From the NCBI GenBank assembly GCA_044221555.1, contig JBGAOY010000003.1, forward strand, positions 282,241 to 346,240: a stretch of DNA of 64,000 bases, given 5' to 3'. Source of the DNA: Acidimicrobiales bacterium. GTDB lineage: Bacteria > Actinomycetota > Acidimicrobiia > Acidimicrobiales > DATDAH01. Of this stretch, positions 47,908 to 57,462 are shown piece after piece. Each line of letters opens with the position of its first letter. Position 1 is the first letter of the stretch. A model generated the notes under the pieces. It worked only from the letters and a program-made list of their open reading frames with translations. It was not told the DNA's origin and ran no database searches. The position numbers and the translations under genes are program-made.

Positions 47908-49947
47908 TCAGGCGGCCGCGGACGAGTGGTTTGGCAGGAGAATGTTCAGCCAAGGCGTGGTTGACGGGGTGCGTTCGAGGTGAACGTAACGGTGCATCCT
48001 CCGCAGGTCGACGGACAGGGAGTGTCGGGTCGTGCGGGCCTGCCAGGAGGCGACCGCACTTGGGAACGACCAGCCGGCTTCGGCGAGATCGACCAGCGCT
48101 TCGAACTCCGCCGCGCTGCACACGAAGCGCGGGTTGCGGTCCGGTCGCTGGCGCGCCAGTTCGCCCTGTAAGGCAGGGGTGCTCTCGAGCGGCTGTTCGG
48201 TCACGACGAGGATTGTCGTCATGGCTGGTCGCGGCAGTCCGAGCATCTGAGCGATCTGGTGCAGGTCATCGGCTGTGGCTTCGGCTTGGTCGGCCTCGGC
48301 GTGGTACCGCTCACACATCCGTTGGTTCGCCTCGATGCTGCCGTCGGCGATACCGCGAGGTAGGCGCTGTAGAGAGGCCTCGACGGCGATGTACTGATTG
48401 AAGTACCCGACGACGGCGTCTCCTCGGGTGGCTGTGGTGGAGGCGGCCTTGATGGTGCGCTCGTGGATGACGGTGTGGTTGTTGGTGAGGCGTTCGAGCT
48501 GGTCGTGCATCCAGGCCTCGAACAGTGGGCCGAGCGGCTGCTGGGCGGCTCGTGCGCCGCCGAGTCCTTTGAAGGCCCATCGTTGGATCTGGGTAGCGCG
48601 TTCGGCTACGAGGTCCAGGCTGACCGGCACGAGTCGACCGTCAGGGCATTCGATGATGGGGGCGTTGCGGAGTGCGACGTTGTCGGTCTGGGGGAGTGAC
48701 CCGAGCCCGTGGTAGCGATCTCCTGCGTCGTTGAGCAGCGCGGTCCGCAGGTCTTCGATGGACCCGACGAGCCAATGGTCGAAGGCGTCTTCGAAGGTGC
48801 CCTGGAGCGAGATGTGTTCGGATTCGATGTCGGTCTCGAGTAGGTCGTCGCGGGTCAGTGGGAGGGGTGTCTGGCCGAGTAGTGCCCTGGTCCACTTGAT
48901 GCCGATCAGCCAGACGCCGGCGAGCCAGTTGGCGACTTCCACGCCGACCGTGCGGCGGAAGTAGTCCCGTGCGGCGGACGGCGGCATGTGCGCGCCGACC
49001 GTGGACGGGTGGTCGTCGGGCGTTGTCCAGATTGCCAGCCACCGGTCGAGGGTGCGCGCCCAGTCGCCTCGTGCGCGGAGATCGAACGCGACCGCCGAGA
49101 CGAGCGCCAGCAGCTTCCCGGGTGTGGTGTCGTCGGTATCCTCGAACAGGTCACTCCCGTGGTAGTCGTCGTGGAGAAGCCACACCGCAGTGAGGAGCTC
49201 GGACGCCGAGGGTTGGGTGTCCGCTCGGAGGCATCGGAACCACGCTCGGGCCATGACGTGGAGGTCTGACCCGGTCGCTGGTTCCCATTGTGCGGTGTCG
49301 GTGAGTTCGTGGTCGTCAGCGGCGACAATCTCGGAAAGGATCCACCTGACGCAGCGTGGCGCAAACAGGGCACCCCCTGCCTGTGCGGCGGCGACGATCC
49401 GGGCTCGGATCGGCGCAGGCGCGTCACATCGCCCTGCGAGCTGAGCTTGGACCGTGCCGTCGAGGTCGCACTCGACCCGCAGGGCGAGAGCCGCGAGGAT
49501 CGCCACGAGTTCCTCTTTAGGCACGCGACACAGAACTGCCCACGCGGCACGTCGAACCGTTGCCGGTGAGAACAGCACCCCGACAGTGCTCGCCGTAGTG
49601 AGTGCCTTCACCCGCCAGTTGCGGTCGGCTTGGCGCGCTTCTTCGACACGCGCCGGGACCACGAGGGGGAGATCGTCCGCCTCGACCCAGCGGGGATCGA
49701 TGCCAGCGCCGGCGATGGTCGTGGGAGGAAGCTGGAACGTCTGGGTCGTAAGGATGTGCGGTAGGGCGAGGGCTTCGGTTGCGAGCGCCCAGGGGGAGCC
49801 GGCGGGCAGCGCCGGGTTGGCAACGATGAGGCGGCCGTACTGCGCCGCGGGCGCCGGCACCGGGAAGTGGCAGACATGAAGGGCCGGCTCTTCGCGTCTC
49901 GGGAGGTGGAGCTCAAACACCACACTCGGGCGGCGGCTTGTGGTCAT
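47908..49947 (-). CDS. 679-aa hypothetical protein, possible C-terminal PD-(D/E)xK-like fold
   Basis: Long ORF; FE...GDAVV...IAVEAS spacing. Confidence 0.55.
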   Translation of the reverse strand: MTTSRRPSVVFELHLPRREEPALHVCHFPVPAPAAQYGRLIVANPALPAGSPWALATEALALPHILTTQTFQLPPTTIAGAGIDPRWVEADDLPLVVPARVEEARQADRNWRVKALTTASTVGVLFSPATVRRAAWAVLCRVPKEELVAILAALALRVECDLDGTVQAQLAGRCDAPAPIRARIVAAAQAGGALFAPRCVRWILSEIVAADDHELTDTAQWEPATGSDLHVMARAWFRCLRADTQPSASELLTAVWLLHDDYHGSDLFEDTDDTTPGKLLALVSAVAFDLRARGDWARTLDRWLAIWTTPDDHPSTVGAHMPPSAARDYFRRTVGVEVANWLAGVWLIGIKWTRALLGQTPLPLTRDDLLETDIESEHISLQGTFEDAFDHWLVGSIEDLRTALLNDAGDRYHGLGSLPQTDNVALRNAPIIECPDGRLVPVSLDLVAERATQIQRWAFKGLGGARAAQQPLGPLFEAWMHDQLERLTNNHTVIHERTIKAASTTATRGDAVVGYFNQYIAVEASLQRLPRGIADGSIEANQRMCERYHAEADQAEATADDLHQIAQMLGLPRPAMTTILVVTEQPLESTPALQGELARQRPDRNPRFVCSAAEFEALVDLAEAGWSFPSAVASWQARTTRHSLSVDLRRMHRYVHLERTPSTTPWLNILLPNHSSAAA

Positions 49948-51049
49948 GGCGGCCTCGAACTACATAGCTGTCATTCCGAAGCTAGGTCCGGGGCGGGTCC
50001 TGGGCAACTGGATTCCCGTGGTCGGCGTTCGAGGTTGTTGTGTCACCGAACCGCTGACGCCGTCCGGCGAGTCGGTTGAGAACACCCCCGGGGCTCAGCG
50101 CTGTCCGCAGTAGGCCTCCTTGAATCGCAACAGGTGAGAGGGCTCACGGTCACCTACCAGCCTTGGGCGTCGAACGGCTCGTCATGGCCGCATGGGTCTC
50201 GATCACCGTCCGGGTGTCCGGATGGTGTCGAGAACCCATCTGCCGCGCTGACCAGGGAGAACTCGGCGACCCACCCGCCCTTGCGCCGCGTTCTTAGGGC
50301 CGCGCTGGCGGTTCACAGAAGCACCATCATCGGCGGCGCGGCGTATGCGCGGAGCACGGTCTCGTAGTCACCTGACGCCCAGTTCCCCGCCTCGGGTGGC
50401 CACCCCGTCGGACGCCTCGCCATTCTCCCTCACCTGAGGGTGCCGACACCCGTTGCGTTGAGCACGGGAGGCGCCGCTCGCAGGTAGCCCCACGGGACAT
50501 CGCCGCGAGCTGGCCTGCCCTCGGTTCCGCGAGACCGACCGCGAAGTTGGTCGGCGCCAACGAGTGTGGATCTGGTTCGGTCGATGGTCTCGGGCGGCTG
50601 GTCACCTCTGGCGAGGTATCAAGCCGGTGCTCCAGCGTCCCTGTGGAACCCGGTTCTCAACCGACCGAAGGGTTGAGAGGCGGTCCGTGCCTCTCGGTCG
50701 AGGAGGTCCAGATGTTCTTGTCGGGGTGCTGCACCAGCCGTGGTGGGGCGTGGTTCTGTCGTGGCTGTTCGCCCCCTCGCAGCGACTGGTTGGCCCGCCG
50801 GGCCGATCAGCACTCGGCGCCTCTGGCTCGGCCGTTGGGGTTGGTCGCACTGTCGTCGGCGGGACTTCGACCACAAAGGGATGAGCGCTGAGTTCTGTCT
50901 CAGCTCGCTTGGCGGGCCGCCGCCCTGTCGAGGATGGGACGAGGCCGGTGAAGAGATACAGGCAGTTTCTGGATGACGAGAGGAGTCGAGCATGAGTTGG
51001 AACCGGGTGTGGCAGGCGGGGTCGTCCCGCTGGGCGGAGGGGGCGGCCG

Positions 51050-51472
51050 ATGTCTGAAGCGAGCGGGCGCACCCGCGACGAGGGCGAGGAGCTCGACGGT
51101 CGCGCGGCCGAGGATGAGGTGTTGGTGGAGTGTCTGGCGGCAGGGATGTCGTTCCCGGCGGCGGGGGAGATGGCGGGGTGCTCGGCGCGTACGGTGAGCC
51201 GCCGGATGTCCGACCCGGAGTTCGTGTTACGGGTGAGCCGACGTCGGGGCGAGCGGGTCCGGGCGATCACCGGTCAGTTGACGGCGTTGGCCGATGACGC
51301 GCTCACCACGATCCGGATGGTGCTCGAGGGCGGTGAGCGCGACGCCGACCGGTTGCGCGCCGCGCACCTGGTGCTGAGCCATCTGGGCCGGTTCCGGGCC
51401 GACACCGATCTGGAGGAGCGGTTGGCCGAGTTGGAGGACCGTTTGGCCGGCGACGGCGGGGAGGTGGCGTGA
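51050..51472 (+). CDS. HTH protein, terminase small subunit-like
   Basis: LAAGMSFPAAGEMAGCSARTVSRRMSDPEF; coupled to the terL-like gene. Confidence 0.7.
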   Translation: MSEASGRTRDEGEELDGRAAEDEVLVECLAAGMSFPAAGEMAGCSARTVSRRMSDPEFVLRVSRRRGERVRAITGQLTALADDALTTIRMVLEGGERDADRLRAAHLVLSHLGRFRADTDLEERLAELEDRLAGDGGEVA

Positions 51473-53499
51473 TGGGCACCAACCGGGGCCGGCTGGACCG
51501 GGTGGAGAAGCAGGTGCGGGCCGTCCATGAGGCCCGCGGCAAGCAGGAGGTGGGTTTCGACCGCGCCGGCCACATCGTGGAGTTCGCGACCGACCAGCGG
51601 TTCTTGGGCATGAAGTTGTTTCCGCGGCAGGGCTCGCTGCTCAAGGCGATGACCTTGGACGTGGAGCACATGACCGAGTTCGACCTCCGGGTGTACGCCG
51701 AGTGGGGCGCCGGGTTCGTCCCTGACCTGGACGGCGATCGCCCGGCGTGGCAGGGCACGGCGGGGACGACCCCGGATCTGATGGAGCGGGTCATGTGGTG
51801 CCGCGGTCAGGGGCGCCGCTGGTTCCGTGAGACGTTGCTGTTGATCGGCCGGCGCGGCTCGAAGGGCTACCTGGCCGCCATTTTCGGTGCGTGGCAGCTC
51901 CACGTGTTGTTCTGCGACGGCGATGTGCACGAGCGTCACGGAGCCGACCCGTTCAAGCGCCTGTCGTGGGTGGTGTTCGCCGGCAAGAAGGACCAGGCCG
52001 TCGCCAACGTGTTCCGCGACTTCAAGTCGGTGGTGACCCGCTCGCAGTGGTTCAAGCCGTTCATCGCCGAGACGACCAAGGAATCGGTTTTGTTGTTCAC
52101 GCCTCGTCAGCTCCGAGACGGCGTCGACACCTCCGACCCGGACCTGGCGCTGATCGAGATCCGGGCGGCGGCGACCACGGACCTCGACCAGCGCGGTCCG
52201 GCGGTGCTGTCGATCTTCATGGACGAGTTCGCTCATCTGCACGGGTCGGGCGCCACGTCCTCGTCGGTCGACATCTACAACGCGGCGACCCCCGCCACCG
52301 CCCAGTTCGGTGTCGACGCCGCGGTCGTGCAGACCACTTCGCCGTGGGACAAGCACGGCCAGGCGTGGTTCACCTACAACCGGGCGCTCGAGTTCGACCC
52401 GGTCACTGGCGGTGCGGTCAACCCGGACTTCCTGATAGTCCAGTTGCCCTCCGACGCCCTGTACCTCGACGCCGACCGGGCCGACACGATCCCCATGTGG
52501 CCCGGCGGCCCCACCTACCCCGGGGGCCGAGGGCCGGTCTTCGAGTTCGACGAGGCCCGCCTGCGAGACGAGCAAGCCAACCCCGACGCCTTCGCGACCG
52601 AGTACCGGGCGCAGTGGCGCTCGAGCCCCGACGCCTATCTCCCCGACCGCTTCGTGGACCGCCTCTGGCGCGTCTGGAAGGGCGTGCAGCTGGCCATGGC
52701 CCAGCGCGCCCCGCTCAGCACTCAGTACTTCGCCCACGCCGACCCGTCGCTCTCCCAGGCCAACTTCGGCTTCGCGATCTGTCACCTGGAGTGGGACGAC
52801 GACGACGTCGCCCACGTCGTGTTCGACGTAATTGACCACTGGCGGCCCCAGGACTTCCCCGACGGCAGCGTCAGCTACGTCCAGATCGGCGAGAGGATCT
52901 TCGACTACATCCGACGGTTCAACATCTCCGAGCTCACCTTCGACCACTGGAACTCCGCCGAGCTCATGGAGCGGCTCAACGACCGCGTGGCCGCGGCTCG
53001 CCTCCCCAAGGCGTGCCGCATCCACGAGCGGCGACCCAACCAGCAGCTCAACCTCGACGTCTGGGAGATGTTCAAAACTGCGCTCGGCCACGACCTCGTC
53101 CATGCGCCCTACTACCAGCAGGCCGACCTCGAGCTCCGGGCCCTCGAGTTCCGAGGCGGCCGGGTCCAGGCGCCCACCGCCGGCGAGATCCGTACCCGCG
53201 ACGTGGCCGACGCCATGGTCTACGCCTTCTACAACGCCTTCGAGGGCGTCGCCTCGTCGGTGTTCGCCCGCCTCTCCGGCCTCGCCCCCATGCTCATCCA
53301 GGGCCCCTCGGTGCCCGAGGCGACCCTCCGGGCGTTCGCCAAAGCGCAGGCACCCGACTCGCACCAGCAGCTCACTGAACTCACCCGCTCCTGGGGCCGA
53401 GGCCCCATGAACGCAGCCCGACGCGGGCCCGGCGCCTACAACCCCGCCCGCGGCGGCCTCTACGACCAGTACGGCAGGAGGCGCCGTAACGGCTCTTAG
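51469..53499 (+). CDS. Phage terminase large subunit-like protein
   Basis: IGRRGSKG Walker A, IFMDEFAH Walker B, QTTSP, nuclease-like HADPS, FDHWNS, RDVADA. Confidence 0.8.
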   Translation: MMGTNRGRLDRVEKQVRAVHEARGKQEVGFDRAGHIVEFATDQRFLGMKLFPRQGSLLKAMTLDVEHMTEFDLRVYAEWGAGFVPDLDGDRPAWQGTAGTTPDLMERVMWCRGQGRRWFRETLLLIGRRGSKGYLAAIFGAWQLHVLFCDGDVHERHGADPFKRLSWVVFAGKKDQAVANVFRDFKSVVTRSQWFKPFIAETTKESVLLFTPRQLRDGVDTSDPDLALIEIRAAATTDLDQRGPAVLSIFMDEFAHLHGSGATSSSVDIYNAATPATAQFGVDAAVVQTTSPWDKHGQAWFTYNRALEFDPVTGGAVNPDFLIVQLPSDALYLDADRADTIPMWPGGPTYPGGRGPVFEFDEARLRDEQANPDAFATEYRAQWRSSPDAYLPDRFVDRLWRVWKGVQLAMAQRAPLSTQYFAHADPSLSQANFGFAICHLEWDDDDVAHVVFDVIDHWRPQDFPDGSVSYVQIGERIFDYIRRFNISELTFDHWNSAELMERLNDRVAAARLPKACRIHERRPNQQLNLDVWEMFKTALGHDLVHAPYYQQADLELRALEFRGGRVQAPTAGEIRTRDVADAMVYAFYNAFEGVASSVFARLSGLAPMLIQGPSVPEATLRAFAKAQAPDSHQQLTELTRSWGRGPMNAARRGPGAYNPARGGLYDQYGRRRRNGS

Positions 53500-53606
53500 C
53501 CACGACAATCCACGACAAACCACGCCACCGAAGGCGTTACCGATCTGACCGGATCCGTTACCGGCCCCACCCGCCAGCCCCCAGCCCAGGCATTTCCTAC
53601 CGGCCC

Positions 53607-53651
53607 CACGCGGGCCGCGGGCACGCGGGCCGCGGACACGCGGGCCGCGGG
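53607..53651 (+). repeat. Three 15-bp tandem repeats
   Basis: CACGCGGGCCGCGG(G/A) x3. Confidence 0.85.
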
Positions 53652-53699
53652 CTTTGGCGATGGCACCTTAGCAGGTGGGAAAACTCGCCGTACTCGTTG

Positions 53700-53719
53700 T
53701 GTAAGCATATACGCTTACA
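53700..53719. promoter_or_regulatory. Palindromic operator before the HTH gene
   Basis: TGTAAGC-ATATAC-GCTTACA, 2 nt before the ATG. Confidence 0.7.
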
Positions 53720-53721
53720 GC

Positions 53722-54303
53722 ATGAGAACGGCTGAGCTGGTGCGGAGGGTCCGTGGTGATGCGGCCCTGTCACTGCGCGAGTTGGCCTCTCGATCGAACC
53801 TCGCCGTGAGCACGATCCATCGGATCGAGCAAGGGGAGCTCCACCCGACGGTCGACACCCTCGAAAAGCTCGTCCGGGCCACCGGGCGGCGCCTCGCGCT
53901 CGAGGTGCCGCTGGACTACGCCGCGAGCGTCCTCGGGCTCGGCCTGGCCATTCGTGCCGACCTCGTGGCTGCGGATCCGTCCGCCATCGTGCGCAAGAGC
54001 GCGGAGCTCGTCTACCGCTTCCACACGTCCGACCTCTCGGAGCAGCGCCGGATGCTCGCCGCCGAACCGCCGTCCACCGGTCAAGTGGAGTGGGACGCCT
54101 TCCTCGGCGGGCTCGGCGAGTGGCTGGCCACGATGGGTGGCCTGGAAACGCCGGGTTGGGCGTCGGTGCCGGCGCGATTCCTCGGGCGAGGGTGGTGGGT
54201 GACGCCCATGGCCTCGATGCGGGCGTGGGAGTACGCCGGCACTCCCGTGTCCCTTCAGCGCCATGGCGTGTATCTCCACCGCGACTCGCTGATCAACCGA
54301 TGA
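53722..54303 (+). CDS. XRE-HTH protein, putative antitoxin
   Basis: LSLRELASRSNLAVSTIHRIEQG...P; C-domain EPPSTG..WDAFLGG. Confidence 0.8.
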   Translation: MRTAELVRRVRGDAALSLRELASRSNLAVSTIHRIEQGELHPTVDTLEKLVRATGRRLALEVPLDYAASVLGLGLAIRADLVAADPSAIVRKSAELVYRFHTSDLSEQRRMLAAEPPSTGQVEWDAFLGGLGEWLATMGGLETPGWASVPARFLGRGWWVTPMASMRAWEYAGTPVSLQRHGVYLHRDSLINR

Positions 54304-54313
54304 GGCAGCCTCC

Positions 54314-54835
54314 GTGTTGACTCGTGAGCGGATCCTCGAGCTGTTCGCGGAGCTCGATGACGAGCTCAGCCAAGACGGGACGCGGGGTGACGTCTTCATC
54401 GTCGGAGGAGCGGCGATGGCGGTTGCCTATGACGCCCGCCCGTCGACCCGCGACGTGGACGGCATCTGGCATCCGTCAAGGGAGGTGCGCGAAGCCGCTG
54501 CACGTGTCGCTGCTCGACATGACGACGTCGACGCCGATTGGTTGAACGACGGGGCGAAGGGTTTCCTGCCGGGCGAGGACCTTGGCGCCAAGCCTGTCGT
54601 CTATGAGGGCGAGCATCTCACCGTGTCGGCGGGGTCACCCGAGTACCTCCTCGCTACCAAGCTCCTGGCCAGTCGAGTGAGTCGCGACGAGGACGACATC
54701 CTGCTTCTGTTCCGCCACTGCGGGCTGACGACTGTCGACGAGGGTCTCGACCTGCTCGAGCGGTACTACCCCGGACGACCGATCGAAGCAAAGGTCCGGT
54801 TCTTCCTAGAGGAGCTCCTGGCCTCCGGCGGCTGA
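54314..54835 (+). CDS. Nucleotidyltransferase (DUF6036-like), putative toxin
   Basis: IVGGAAM...RPSTRDVD, WLND, LLATKL..R...D. Confidence 0.8.
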   Translation: MLTRERILELFAELDDELSQDGTRGDVFIVGGAAMAVAYDARPSTRDVDGIWHPSREVREAAARVAARHDDVDADWLNDGAKGFLPGEDLGAKPVVYEGEHLTVSAGSPEYLLATKLLASRVSRDEDDILLLFRHCGLTTVDEGLDLLERYYPGRPIEAKVRFFLEELLASGG

Positions 54836-54874
54836 TCGCGTTCCCGAGTCGGCGAACGCCACACCCGTCCTCGT

Positions 54875-54911
54875 GGCCCCGGGCCCGGTCCCCCCGACCG
54901 GGCCCGGGGCC
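54875..54911. terminator. GC hairpin between convergent genes
   Basis: 16-bp perfect stem GGCCCCGGGCCCGGTC / GACCGGGCCCGGGGCC, 5-nt loop. Confidence 0.7.
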
Positions 54912-54924
54912 AAGGGCAGTCCGG

Positions 54925-55221
54925 TCAGCCTGCGGCCGCGCCCAGGCGGGAGAGGTCGCGCAGGCCGGCGGTCGCCGTGTTCCGGGTGGTCAGCTTCCTG
55001 CCGGTGACGGACATGGCCCCACCCGCGATGAGCGAGACCAGACCGGCGAGTGCCAGGAAGAGCGTCCCGGGGCGGGCGCCGGTCATCGCCAGGACGCCGA
55101 CGCCGGCATCGAGCACTGCGGCGCTGACGCCGGGGGTGCCGACGCCATGGGCGCCGCCGAGGGAAACGGGGCTGGTGATGCCGCTCGCGAGGACAGCAGG
55201 GGGGGGTTGCGGCATGGTCAT
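54925..55221 (-). CDS. Small membrane protein with LAxTG-TM-basic tail
   Basis: VLAMTGA...TM...GRK. Confidence 0.45.
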   Translation of the reverse strand: MTMPQPPPAVLASGITSPVSLGGAHGVGTPGVSAAVLDAGVGVLAMTGARPGTLFLALAGLVSLIAGGAMSVTGRKLTTRNTATAGLRDLSRLGAAAG

Positions 55222-55404
55222 TGGGTCATTTCCCTTGGTTGGGGGTGAAGTACAGGTGTGGCCGGCGACGAGTAGCGAGCGGGGGACTCCCAGACGCAGT
55301 TCTCGACGAGCGGTTGGCGGACGCCCTTTGATGAAGGCATGGACGTAGACGGCGCGATACACCCAGTCCGTGACCAGGAGGAAGGGGACCAAGGCCAGGA
55401 GTTG

Positions 55405-55608
55405 TCACCGCCGGAGCACGATCGCGCCCACGGCTGACCAGGCGAAGTACCCGATGAGGAACGCACTGAGCGTGGCGACGATGCCGGCGTTGGTGAGCGT
55501 CAGCGTCAAGACCAGCCAGAGGGGCCAGACGACGACGAAGAGCACCCAGTCGCGCATGACGCCCACGTAGGCGACGTCGAACCAGGAGGCAGGGCGACCC
55601 ACGCTCAT
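55405..55608 (-). CDS. Small two-TM membrane protein
   Basis: Hydrophobic 67-aa ORF. Confidence 0.45.
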   Translation of the reverse strand: MSVGRPASWFDVAYVGVMRDWVLFVVVWPLWLVLTLTLTNAGIVATLSAFLIGYFAWSAVGAIVLRR

Positions 55609-56133
55609 ACCCGGCGCTGTTCAGCTAGCGTTTCCGCAGGTCACAGGCACCGACGAGTTCCCGGCACCCTCAGCGACGCCGCCTCGACCACCGGACTTGA
55701 GCTCGGTAGCGCGGCCAGCGGACTCATCCCACGTCGGCTCCGGGCTGCCACGGCCCTGCGTGGCCATTGCCGTCGGTGTCGGCGCAGATGCCAGGGGCCT
55801 CAGCGAAGTCTGCGATGCACTGGTCGTACCCGATGGGCTTGTCGGCGGCGGCCTGAGCTTCAGCAGCGGCCGCCGCCGCTGCAACCTCGGCATCCATGAT
55901 CGCCTGCTCGTCGGCGGCGCACCGCTCGATCTCGGACTGCACGGCGGCAGGTCGAGCATGCGACCCCAGCGAGCGGGAAGCCCGTCGAGTGTGTCGTCGG
56001 CTGTCGTAGTGAGGGTGCAAGCGACCACGGCATGGCCGGCGGGCGGGTCGGTACCGTTCAGGAACGATATGGGTTCTCGCTGTTGTGGGGCCCCAGACGA
56101 GAGCCAGGCGGGCATCGGATTGTTGTTGGTTTG

Positions 56134-56958
56134 TCACTGCCTCGTGCAGGTCCAGGAGTGACCCTCGTCTTCGGCGTCCCAGTCGGCCTCCCCAGGGTGT
56201 CGGTACTGGGCGTCGGAGAAGCGCACCTCGTTATGACTGATCACATCGACTGAGGCTCGAATGGAGAAATCGTCGGTCGACCCACCGTCCTCCAACAGTT
56301 GTCGATCCATCTCGATCTGGTCCGTGTCCTCGGAGAGGAGATCGGCGTCAATGAGAAATCGGAGAGCGATGCTCTCGGTGTCGGCCTCCCCAGTGATCTC
56401 AAGCTTTCCGTTCGTGATCTCCCACGATCCCTCGAACGGTTCCGACCGGCCGTCCACCTCCGACTGATCATCTACGACTCGGAACTCGCCGTCTCCAACG
56501 GTGTAGGTGTATGCAGGTCCGCCGCTATCAGACCCGTCCTCGACACAGTGCCAGGTCCCGATGGCCTGTTCGGTGATGGCGTTATCTTGGGCGCTCTTGG
56601 CCTGCGAAATGAGAAGCCATGCAGCTAGCGTAATTATCAGTAACGAGCTCAGCACAAGACCGATCACTATTGGTGCGACCCGCCTCCGGCGGCCTTCTCT
56701 GATCTGTGGTGCAGCGGGAGACTGATTGGCTGATCGGGTACTGAAGTCGGGCTTCGAGCCCGACTCCTTCAACCTGACCTCGAAGGCTTGCTCGTCCTGC
56801 TCGACCTTACGACCACATCCGGGGCAGAAGTGCGCGTCAGATGTCAGCGAGAGACCACAGGTGGTACATATCGGTACTGCTCTACGTTTAGATCCGCACT
56901 CGCCGCAGAATATGGCATCATTGTCCAGCTCATGACCGCAGCCCTCGCAATACGACAT
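56134..56958 (-). CDS. Double zinc-ribbon membrane protein
   Basis: CEGCG..FCGECG..CTTCG..FCPGCG, TM, acidic exported domain. Confidence 0.8.
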   Translation of the reverse strand: MSYCEGCGHELDNDAIFCGECGSKRRAVPICTTCGLSLTSDAHFCPGCGRKVEQDEQAFEVRLKESGSKPDFSTRSANQSPAAPQIREGRRRRVAPIVIGLVLSSLLIITLAAWLLISQAKSAQDNAITEQAIGTWHCVEDGSDSGGPAYTYTVGDGEFRVVDDQSEVDGRSEPFEGSWEITNGKLEITGEADTESIALRFLIDADLLSEDTDQIEMDRQLLEDGGSTDDFSIRASVDVISHNEVRFSDAQYRHPGEADWDAEDEGHSWTCTRQ

Positions 56959-57462
56959 GTTCTCGACCCCTTGCCCCATCGGCACCCGCGTAAGCGATCG
57001 TAGCCCAAGCGAGCAGGCCGGTCGGCTGAGCCTCATGCTGCCGAAATATCGCAGCAAGACATTGACGATTCGGGCTCTCCAGTGCCTGTGCCGATCCAGG
57101 ATGGCTGGCAGCCTCACAGCGACATGGCACCAGAGACTTGACCGGTCTGCGACTGCAGGAGCGATATGGCGTGTCGACCCCCGAGCCGTGCTGGCGACGC
57201 CCGAGAGCGCTTTACGAAATGAGACGTTCTGGGCTGCCCACGGAGGCACCATCGACCGAGAAAGGGACCAGAGAGCTTCGGGTTTGTGGGGTGGAACGTG
57301 ACCGGTGCCCATCCTGCGCTGGGCCGAAACCCGCCGTCAGGGGACGGCAACGTCGATCCGAGCGCGGCGGTCGTGTCTGTCCTACGGTGGAGGGTTCGGG
57401 GCGGGCAGTCAGCCTTGGGGTGCACGCGAGGCGGCGACAGCGGCGGGCTTGAGGGGGATGCG

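Noticed and set aside
51274-53523. 749-aa minus-strand ORF and similar long antisense ORFs (e.g. 27880-29919, 39866-41593, 1269-2711)
   Set aside because: High-GC shadow frames opposite well-supported genes
53607-53651. Tandem repeats as a CRISPR array or iterons
   Set aside because: Three abutting 15-mers with no spacers and no cas or rep gene
55630-55645. TGACCTGCGGAAAC-type motif (minus strand; similar sequences at about 3 and 50248) as an att site
   Set aside because: Short, no adjacent tRNA or integrase, and no convincing matched pair
55724-56137. 137-aa ORF
   Set aside because: Only the C-terminal half looks protein-like; probable fragment that cannot be assigned
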